64,000 bases of DNA from Candidatus Poribacteria bacterium. GTDB lineage: Bacteria; Poribacteria; WGA-4E; PCPOR2b. Shown piece after piece: positions 1 to 8,400 of the stretch. Each line of letters begins with the position of its first letter. The stretch's first letter is position 1. The notes under the pieces were generated by a model. It made no database searches, was not told the DNA's origin, and saw only the letters and a list, made by a program, of their open reading frames with translations. Location of the stretch: assembly GCA_965208675.1 (NCBI GenBank), contig OZ242351.1:2464001-2528000 (forward strand), written 5' to 3'. Made by a program: the position numbers and the translations under genes.

Positions 1-700
1 TCGCCGGTGCCAAGCGGATGTGTAACGGATTTCAGGCAAGTTCGCACAGGTCTCGCGTATCTGCCATAGCAACCGTGGCTGTATTTTACCGTCCGATAGA
101 CGGTTGTTAATGCCGTTGGCGTGCCCAAACCGAACTCAATTTTACTGATATGCCGCGTCAAATTCGTGTTATCTATCCGGACATCATAGTAGAATTTCAG
201 TATCCGTCCGAGCGAATCTTCCACCGCGACGAGCCGGGGATATTTAGGAGCGCTAGTGCCTTGATAGCGTGTCTCAGGTGCGTTCTCATAATGGAGTGTA
301 AGTTTGTTGCCGTTCGGGTCTAAAATCTCTTTCAACACATACCGCGCGTAACGATCGGTGACAAGTTGCTCAAACGTGTATTTGATACCGTGCTTGGTTG
401 TGTAGATAAATGCGCCAGCCTGTGTGCCTGACTGCACTAACTTCAAAGTGGCGCGCACCCCGGCTTTAGGGGTTAATTTTATGTTAGGTTTTCTGCCAGT
501 TCCCGTAAAGGTATGTTTCGCGCCGCTGCCGGTGGTAATTGATACGATCTGCAGTTTGTAAGCTCTACTCCCGTAATGCCACGCCCCACCAGTGTATATA
601 TCCCATTGATAGGAATGAGACCAATCGTGTCCGATATAACTGGCGCCTTGATACCAATTACGAGAGATGCCGTTGTAAATGTAATTCCGCGTAAATTCAA
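1..700. repeat. 700-bp direct repeat, copy 1 (copy 2 at 9500..10199)
   Basis: No mismatch seen by eye at offset 9499; shadow ORFs 479..700 and 9978..10199 translate identically. Confidence 0.95.
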
Positions 701-887
701 GCCCCAATCCGCGCCCCGGCACAGTCAAATCGGTCTCCGAAAAAACGAGCTGAAAAGAAATCATATTGACCATGCTGTCCATCTCTTGCGGGTAATTCGG
801 CACGGGACTTCCGAACTGGCTGGGGGCGGTGTTAGAAAAAGCGAATAGCATCAAAGTTATTAACAGATAGAAACAGATTTGCTTCAT
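1..887 (-). CDS. Second RHS/YD-repeat protein, 5' part only (runs off the left edge); not in the ORF track
   Basis: ATG at 887 with RBS AGGAGGA (896-902). Reads MKQICFYLLITLMLFAFSNTAPSQFGSPVPNYPQEMDSMVNMISFQLVFSETDLTVPGRGLGLEFTRNY..., collinear and in frame with the N-terminus of 5434..10389. Confidence 0.9.
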   Translation of the reverse strand, partial: MKQICFYLLITLMLFAFSNTAPSQFGSPVPNYPQEMDSMVNMISFQLVFSETDLTVPGRGLGLEFTRNYIYNGISRNWYQGASYIGHDWSHSYQWDIYTGGAWHYGSRAYKLQIVSITTGSGAKHTFTGTGRKPNIKLTPKAGVRATLKLVQSGTQAGAFIYTTKHGIKYTFEQLVTDRYARYVLKEILDPNGNKLTLHYENAPETRYQGTSAPKYPRLVAVEDSLGRILKFYYDVRIDNTNLTRHISKIEFGLGTPTALTTVYRTVKYSHGCYGRYARPVRTCLKSVTHPLGTG

Positions 888-905
888 TGTGTGTGTCCTC
901 CTGAG

Positions 906-1751
906 TTATTGACTTGTTTTGCCGTATAATTGATGAATCCATGTGGATTTGTCGAGCGCTTGTTTGGCTTCGGCGTCTCTTTTGTGTTCCTTTAGGCAGA
1001 GAGCGCGTAGACCTAGGAAGCCCGACATTTCTTCTGCCGGTGATAGCGATTTCAAAAAGCGGTTGGCTTGTTCTTCTGCTTCGGTGAATGGGTGCGGCCA
1101 CTTGCGGTAATACGAATCCGGATAAGGATTCCACCCTCGCCCTGTCGCCTCAATGTTGAAACGTCCATTTTCCGACTCCCACCGCGCAAAGAGATGAGCT
1201 TTAGCGCGTACCAACTTTAACGGGTAGCCTAAGCGTCTACCGATGGCAACAACCAAGACAGGCATCGAGGCGCAAGTTCCCATGGGACGCTGAGATAACA
1301 GCCCATGAAGGAACAAATCTTTTGAATCGGCAAAAAACCGCGTCGATTTAAGGTCGTCCAATGCGCCAGTCTCAATCAGTTCGGAATTGTATTTGACCCC
1401 CATATCCTGCGCTAAGACCGTCACCATCATCTCTATCTGGTAATATGCCAGTGAGTTGTTGTAATAGCCCTTATCTCGATGAAATAGATGTTGGTAGCGT
1501 TCGGTTTCCGACTCAATCCGCCGCACCCATTCATCGAGTTTCGCTAAAGCGGCCGGAATATCCAATGCTTCAGCGCCGGGCAGCCCCTGCGCACAAACCA
1601 TGTTGATGTAGGCAATATCAAACTCTGGCAGTGCCGTTTCCAGTTCTTTTTCTGTTATAGCAAGTAACTTTTCAACCGATAGCGGCTCGGCAAATTGCGC
1701 TGAGCATAGCGCAGGCATCAAATGGAGAATTAGCACAGAGATTTTTGGCAT
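906..1751 (-). CDS. Secreted transglutaminase-like (SirB1/Transglut_core2-type) protein
   Basis: Signal-peptide-like N-terminus; FLHGLL...GTCASMPVLVVAIGRRLGYPLKLV..KAHLFARWE...FNIEAT gives a Cys/His/Glu arrangement. Confidence 0.7.
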   Translation of the reverse strand: MPKISVLILHLMPALCSAQFAEPLSVEKLLAITEKELETALPEFDIAYINMVCAQGLPGAEALDIPAALAKLDEWVRRIESETERYQHLFHRDKGYYNNSLAYYQIEMMVTVLAQDMGVKYNSELIETGALDDLKSTRFFADSKDLFLHGLLSQRPMGTCASMPVLVVAIGRRLGYPLKLVRAKAHLFARWESENGRFNIEATGRGWNPYPDSYYRKWPHPFTEAEEQANRFLKSLSPAEEMSGFLGLRALCLKEHKRDAEAKQALDKSTWIHQLYGKTSQ

Positions 1752-1811
1752 GAGAATAAAAACAGCAAATTGAAAAGGAGGAAAAAGACAGCGGCGAGTG
1801 TTGTGAAAAAT

Positions 1812-2579
1812 TTACTCGCTCGCCGTTTGGAAGCGAATCACAATCGGGCCGTCCTCAAGCCCTCTGCCTCTATCTCCACCGATGTTATAAAGGTCTAACA
1901 GATGGATTTCATATTCATGACCCGGCAAAAGCCAATCGTCTTCGCTTGCAGGCAACAGGGTAGCAATGTCTTGATCGCTTGCCCAATCAATTATCCAATT
2001 CAGCCTCATTTGACCGCTGTAAACTTCAATCGGGGATCGTTGGATGTCAATAAAAGTGTTAAAAGTAATCCGTATCCCTTCTCGGTTCAACTGATCGGCA
2101 TTAGCATCAGTTTGCTTATGACTTATATTTGCTTCCTGAATCGCTGGTAAGGGCCTCGAAACATGGTAAGCGCCCAGGGTCACATCAAGCGTATCTCCAT
2201 GCTGGACACCGGGTTCGTCTTCGTAGACTATCCTCAAGGTCACATCCTTTTCAGGATTAAAGCCGTCTTGACTATCCCACACCTCTAGTCGGTTGGTTTC
2301 CAGCAGCCAAATCGTCGCCGCCGGTTTTTGATTTGGTCTAGCGTCTACCTCATTGATGCTAACCTGTCGGACAGGCTTGTCAAAGACAAGCTCTATTGTA
2401 TCCGAATGCGAAATTATCTCACGTCCATTTAGTGGAAGGATGCTGACAACCAACTCTTGAAGGCCTCGATAGTAATAAGCACTAGCTTCTATGAGCCGCG
2501 CTGGTTGTATTTCCTCATCCGCTGAGCAGCCAATGAGCAAACACAGCACGGCACACAGCATCACACTGTTCAACAGCAT
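1812..2579 (-). CDS. Lipoprotein with Ig-like (Big_5/SbsA-type) domains; paralog of the adjacent gene
   Basis: Lipobox LLIGC; shares TIELVFDKPV, DTLDVTLGAY, SEDDWLLPG and VIRFQTA with 2592..3389. Confidence 0.75.
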   Translation of the reverse strand: MLLNSVMLCAVLCLLIGCSADEEIQPARLIEASAYYYRGLQELVVSILPLNGREIISHSDTIELVFDKPVRQVSINEVDARPNQKPAATIWLLETNRLEVWDSQDGFNPEKDVTLRIVYEDEPGVQHGDTLDVTLGAYHVSRPLPAIQEANISHKQTDANADQLNREGIRITFNTFIDIQRSPIEVYSGQMRLNWIIDWASDQDIATLLPASEDDWLLPGHEYEIHLLDLYNIGGDRGRGLEDGPIVIRFQTASE

Positions 2580-2591
2580 GTCATAATTCCT

Positions 2592-3389
2592 TTAATCCGC
2601 CGTCTGGAAGCGAATCACAAGCGGCTTCTCCTCAAGCCTCTCTCCCCTTGTGCCCTTGTAATCATAAAAATCGACCACATGAACTTCATAATCCTGCCCC
2701 GGCAGTAACCAATCATCTTCGCTTTCAGGCATCAGGATGACCGTGTGAACCGCCCCATTATCATCGTCCAATGTCCAACGATAAATACTCCAATCAAGCA
2801 TTTCTTGACCGCTGTAAACTTCAATCTTGGTTCGGTATGGGCGGTTATCCATCTCCTTATCAAAACCAATCTTTATCCCTTCTTGGTTCAACCGATTGGC
2901 ATCTACATCAACCTCACCACTCCATGGATCCAAGAACACAATGAGCGGGGGGAACACGTCAAGACTGTATGCGCCTAAAGTTACATCCAGCGTGTCTTTA
3001 TGGATGCCAGCTTCATCTTCATAGATTACCATCAAGGTTACATCTCGTTCCGGATTCCATCCAATTTGGAGATTCCACACATCTTCTAGGTGGTTGCTTT
3101 CCAGTTTCCAAATTGTCGTCGGCGGCATTTCATCGGGTTGGGCTTTAGCACTATAATTGATGCTTACTTCCAGAACAGGTTTATCAAAGACAAGCTCAAT
3201 TGTTGTAGTAGTCCCAATTACGCCAGGAAGCGGAAATGAACTCTGTGGAGTATCCTCATCATAGCCACGGGCTTCTATCAACTGCGCCGGTTGTAATTCC
3301 TCATCCGCTGAGCAGCCAATGAGCAAGCACAATCCACAAAACAGCATTGAACCTCTCGTCAGTGCATCGTAAAACCTTGCTAACTTCAT
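2592..3389 (-). CDS. Lipoprotein with Ig-like domains; candidate immunity/accessory protein
   Basis: Start moved to ATG 3389 (MKLARF) because AGGAGG lies at 3399-3404; lipobox LLIGC; paralogous to 1812..2579. Confidence 0.75.
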   Translation of the reverse strand: MKLARFYDALTRGSMLFCGLCLLIGCSADEELQPAQLIEARGYDEDTPQSSFPLPGVIGTTTTIELVFDKPVLEVSINYSAKAQPDEMPPTTIWKLESNHLEDVWNLQIGWNPERDVTLMVIYEDEAGIHKDTLDVTLGAYSLDVFPPLIVFLDPWSGEVDVDANRLNQEGIKIGFDKEMDNRPYRTKIEVYSGQEMLDWSIYRWTLDDDNGAVHTVILMPESEDDWLLPGQDYEVHVVDFYDYKGTRGERLEEKPLVIRFQTAD

Positions 3390-3391
3390 TG

Positions 3392-4192
3392 CTATAGACC
3401 TCCTTTGATACCCCCCAATGTTGTTGCTTTGAGGATGGGTGCACGAATCACATTCAGTAATGGTTCGTATCGCCATGACGAAGCTATATCCACTAGGTCT
3501 TGTCTGCTAAGTGTATCCTCTGATGCCGCCAAATCGCCATAATGACTAGCGTACCACTTGAAAGCCCCACCTGCGGGAAATGCTCCAGCAGCGTGCATGG
3601 CGTAGTAATGTTCTTGAACGGCTTTTGCCATCTGTTCTCGATTCAGTTGCACGTAATATAGTTGATAAAGAGTATGTTCATATCTATCATCAGGGTTTGG
3701 AGAGCCAGACCCAACAGGATCCTGATAGCCCGTCATATCTTGCCAAGCGTGAGTAAGTTCATGCACGAAAGTGCTTAGGCGCGATGGATGAAGATTGACG
3801 TTATCTATATCTATTGCATAGAGCACTATTATACGGTCTCGGAACAGCCACTCCCCGTCTTTACCTGGGCTTTCATCGTGCGTTGCGAATCGTACCGCCG
3901 TGACAAAGTTCATCAGTATATTCGCATTGCTTTCTCCAAAAGAGAAGTTTGCAGCTCCTCGGAGCGTTTCGAGTTCTGCGTTAGTTGCTAATCTGTTAAG
4001 TAACCCCGTCGGATCAATAAACTTCAGCGGATTATTATAGGCATAAATGTACCAGTTGATGCCGTCTCCGGCGGGGTCACGCTGTAAAAAGTGTCCGGCG
4101 TGGGGGTGGTAGTAGGCTTCTAAAGCGGGTGCAGCGATAAGGGTCAGCAGCAGTATTGCAAGGGTAAATCTAAAAACTGTGTTCATAGTCAT
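3392..4192 (-). CDS. Signal peptide + minimal RHS-core tail + HExxH zinc metallopeptidase-like domain ('mini-RHS')
   Basis: Hydrophobic signal ending ALEA, then YYHPHAGHFLQRDPAGDGINWYIYAYNNPLKFIDPTG, then FVHELTHAWQ. Confidence 0.85.
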   Translation of the reverse strand: MTMNTVFRFTLAILLLTLIAAPALEAYYHPHAGHFLQRDPAGDGINWYIYAYNNPLKFIDPTGLLNRLATNAELETLRGAANFSFGESNANILMNFVTAVRFATHDESPGKDGEWLFRDRIIVLYAIDIDNVNLHPSRLSTFVHELTHAWQDMTGYQDPVGSGSPNPDDRYEHTLYQLYYVQLNREQMAKAVQEHYYAMHAAGAFPAGGAFKWYASHYGDLAASEDTLSRQDLVDIASSWRYEPLLNVIRAPILKATTLGGIKGGL

Positions 4193-5307
4193 TGCGTGTT
4201 CGGGCGTTTTATTCGATTGCTCCTTTTTGTTGAGAACTCGATTTCGGCATCGACTTGATTCCCCGCAACATCCATAAAATCCCTGAGTTGAATCGTATAG
4301 CGCTGACCTTCCACCAGTTCTTTGCCTTCCGGAGGGGTTATGGTCACTGAATGACTGCTCCTTTCAACATTCCAACCCAGCGGTTCACTATCATCGGAAC
4401 TGATTGTAATCTCGCCCCCGCCAGTTGAACGGTTGAATTTGAAAGTAATGCCATCGGTATTTAATGAATCGAGAGCATCGGGATCCCTAAATCGCTGCCT
4501 ATCTTTGATGGTTTGGGATATGATACCGAAGGGCGGCAATGCTTCAAGCGCTTTTGCCGCTTCGCCAATGCGACACGATTGGAGGCGCTTCAAGACCTCA
4601 GCCGCTTCTTCTCGCGTCCTCCAATCTGGATGGGATAATCCTTCAGCTAATCTAGGAACCACCGCTGGGGGGAGAGTCCCCACTTTCAGCTCCGGCTTAT
4701 TGCACGCATATTCAAAACCATATCCATAAGCGATAGCGGTACCGAAACTAAGCGCCCAATTGCTACTGTGCAACGCCTCGATTAAGGCGGAACGCCCGTG
4801 ATGTCCCATACGCGGGAGCAAAACTTGGGCTGCATCTGGGGAAAAGATGGGAGAACCATAATAGAATAACCGGATAAAACCCGCAATTTCTTCCGGTGTG
4901 AGTTCTTCGCGCCCTGTGTAACCTATGAAGCCACCTATCGCTGAATAACGCATAACCGAATCTTCAGCTTTTAGGGCTTTAACCAACCCACGGACGATGT
5001 GTTTGTAATACGGGGTGCTCGTGTCCTTGTCTAGAAGCTGATGAAACTGATCTCTCATATCATGCAGTGTATTCAAAGCCCACGCCTGCACCCCGGTATC
5101 TTCGTGGTCTAATGCCGCAATCAATGCCGGCACTGCTGCTTCACCTATTTCGGTGAGGGCTTTACTTGCACTGTCTTGGACATCCACATCCGCATGTTCA
5201 AATTGCTGAATCAACGATGCGATGTTCTCATTGTGAGCATGAGACACTATGCTTGCCATGCTCACCAAATATAGACAGATAAGCAGGGTTCGTTTGTGTT
5301 TGTTCAC
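4189..5307 (-). CDS. Secreted HEAT/PBS-lyase repeat protein with C-terminal Ig-like domain
   Basis: GTG start with AGGAGG RBS; signal ending SHA; HEAT motifs (AAVPALIAALDHED..VQ, LAEGLSHPDWRTREEAAEVL); C-terminal ...LVEGQRYTIQLRDFMDVAGN. Confidence 0.8.
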   Translation of the reverse strand: MNKHKRTLLICLYLVSMASIVSHAHNENIASLIQQFEHADVDVQDSASKALTEIGEAAVPALIAALDHEDTGVQAWALNTLHDMRDQFHQLLDKDTSTPYYKHIVRGLVKALKAEDSVMRYSAIGGFIGYTGREELTPEEIAGFIRLFYYGSPIFSPDAAQVLLPRMGHHGRSALIEALHSSNWALSFGTAIAYGYGFEYACNKPELKVGTLPPAVVPRLAEGLSHPDWRTREEAAEVLKRLQSCRIGEAAKALEALPPFGIISQTIKDRQRFRDPDALDSLNTDGITFKFNRSTGGGEITISSDDSEPLGWNVERSSHSVTITPPEGKELVEGQRYTIQLRDFMDVAGNQVDAEIEFSTKRSNRIKRPNTQ

Positions 5308-5433
5308 GGTATATCCTCCTGTATTTTTAAGGTATGATTATCAGACTAAAGCCACTGAACTTTCAGTGTGGAGAACCGTCTGATACAACACCCCATCGAC
5401 GTTTTATCTCAGTTAAAACAGTTGGGCGCCCGA

Positions 5434-8400
5434 TTATCTAGGGAAATAGTTGGAGGCCGTAGCTGCTAAATTACGAAGTTGTTCGGTATAGTCCGCAGAC
5501 CCATACGTGTTGAGTTGTCCTTCTGTAAAGCGACTATAACCAACATACCAGCGGCCAAGTTTACTTTTGCCCACTACCCAATCCATATTTTCTATTGCGA
5601 ACCGGGCGCCTAAATCGAAAGCCATCAGTTCCATGACATAAAGATAAAAATCTTTATCATAACTAGAGCTGCCATGCAGAAATACACTAGGATACATGAT
5701 AAAGTTATGGACATGAGAAAATTCATGAACCAGATCCGTTGTTAATCTAATAAGTTGGCCCACAAATTGGGGATTCGGTGTGTTTTTAACATTTACCGTA
5801 ATACCGCTGTTGTGGAAGTCAGTTGGATCAGTATTAGCATCCGATGCGAGGTTTTTATCAAACTTTATGTTCACTTGCACATCACTTTCAATTATATCGG
5901 TCAGAATACCACCCGCAGCGCCACTTCCAGCAATTCCTGTGCCGTTTATTCCCCCTGTGAATATTGCATCCCAAACCAGACCACCGTCGTCTGTCAAACC
6001 CGCCGGCCTTATATAGTTACCATCAGCATCTGTTTTAGGGACGCTTCTTATTTCGGTGCCGCCCGGCAGGACGATATACATCCCCGTCGGATCGACAAAT
6101 CCAAGCGGGTTATTATACGCATAGGCGTACCAATTCACGCCTTGACCGGCAGGGTCGCGCTGATTAAACGTGCCGGTGTAGGGGTCATAGTATCTCGCTG
6201 CGAAGTAGTAGAGTTTTACATCGCTCTCATACTCTTTGCCCGTGAATTTGCGCGGGTTGTCGCTGGTGCCGACTTCGGAGCGAACTGCGCCGAACACGTC
6301 GTACTCATACCGCACAAGCACATTCTTGTTATCGTCCGTTAAGACGATGTTGCTGCCCAAAGCGTTGGTGTGGTGGTATTCATAGCGTCCCATCTGATTG
6401 TTCGACAATTTAGTTATCTCAGCGTCGCTTAGCGCAGCGTCGTAGATGGATACATCGTCGAGATAACCGTTGAGGTGGTGGTTAGTCGCATCATAAAATC
6501 CCATCCACAACGCCTTGGTCGTTGCCGCCAACGACGCTGTTGATGCCGTTGAAGCCGTGTCTTTGGTGCCGCCGATAAAGACGCGGAGTTCGCTGCCGTC
6601 ATACCGAGCCGCCACATGCTTCCATGTGTTTAAGGGGATGGTCGTTGCACTGGTGACGGTCTTGGTTGTCCCGCTGAACAGCACCTCGAACTGAACCGCG
6701 CCGGTGCTAGTTATCCAGAGCCGATACCCGTTAGAGGCGTTTGCCTTTTTGACCAGATTCCCGCTCGCCACAGTGGACCGCTTCACCCAACAACTGATGG
6801 TTAGTGTATTGCCAACAAGGTCTAAGGCATCACTGTCTGCGACTTTTACGACATCGTTAGTGCCGTCAAAAAGGAGGCTACCCCCGTTTTCAGTGCTCCA
6901 AGCAGGCTTTTTGTTTTCAGTGCCGCCGCCCAGCGTGCCGTTCTGGCTGCCGTCAACGTCATGCGCCACAGTGCCGGTGCCTTCATCAAAGTGCCAATGC
7001 GCAACGGCATTGTGTTTCCGGCGATATACAACGCCGTTGCCGCCATAGAGATAGCTGGCCGTGATGTTCTTGCTTGAATCCAATTCTAGCACCGGCATCA
7101 AGCCGTCGTAAAGAAAATACCTTGTGCCCTGGCTGTCCGAGACTTTCACCCGTTTGCCCCCGCCGTCGTAGGCGTATGTGAGCGTCTGTGTCACCGTGTT
7201 GTTTCGGGTCTTCTGAATCTGTTTCAACTGCGAACCGAATCCGTAGGTAAATGCGTCCGAATCCGTGCCTTCGCTCCGTTGCGTCAGCTTCCCTTCAGCA
7301 TCGTAGGTGTAATTCATCGTCGAGAAGTCGGTATCTTCAGGCACTAGTGAACGGTAGGTCAATTGGTTGCTGTTGGTGGCAACCGTGTAGGTCGTCGTGC
7401 CATCAACGCTGCTCACCTGTGTGAGCCGGTTGCCGGACTTGTCGTAGGTGTAGCTGACGGTCTCGTTCCCGTAGTTGGCGCTAGTCAAGCGTGAGATATT
7501 ATCGTAACCGAATGTGAACGTCTTGCTTGACCCGCCGGCGCCGGTATCGTCTCTCACCAACTGCGTCACATTCGATTTGTCGTCGTAGGTGTAGGTTAAG
7601 GAACTGAGCGTAGTGGAAGCGTCCTTCTTGTACGTCAGCGTGCTTAAGCGGTTGACGTTATCAAGCGTTCGATGCGCGGTGATGCCGTTTGGAACCGTGA
7701 CTTTCTTCAACGCCCCGATGTCGAAGTAACCGTAGCTTTCGGTCTTGTTAGCAAGCACGTCCTTAACCGTCAGCAGCCGGTTGGCTTCGTCGTAGGTATA
7801 CTGGACATCGTATAACTTTGTGGTTGTGCTGCCGGTAGTTGGATTGACGTACATGCGCGTCCGCATCGAAGAATCGTCGTATTCGTAGACGGTCTTATAA
7901 CCCAAGAGCGAATCGGTGCGGTTCTTGATGCGGTTGAGTTGGTCGTGCGTGAAGGTATAGGTGTAAGTATTCGCGCCGTCGTTGGTCTTTTGGGTAAGCA
8001 CGTTGTCGCCCAAGTCGTAGGTGTAGTCTACGACCTCGCCCGTCTTGTAGCTGACTTTCGAGAGGCGGTTGAGGTTGTCGTAGGTATTGCTGACGGCGGG
8101 GCTGGTTTCAGTGCCGGTTTGGCTCGTCCACGCCTTCGTAACCTGATTCAGGGTATTGTAGCGCGTCTCCACCCAATCGCCGTCGGGCAAGGTCTGCTTA
8201 GTCACTCTGCCGAGTTCATCGACGGTATAGTTGGTTATCAAGCCGCGGGGGTCTTTGGTCTGGGAAATGTCGCCGGCAATGTTGTAGACCGTTTCGGCTG
8301 TAGCGTATGGAGTCGTCCAGTTATCCTTGAAGCTGTGGGCTTTGACGGCGCGGTTCATGGCGTCGTATTCGGTTTTGGTCTGGGCTATTAGCGTGCCGGT

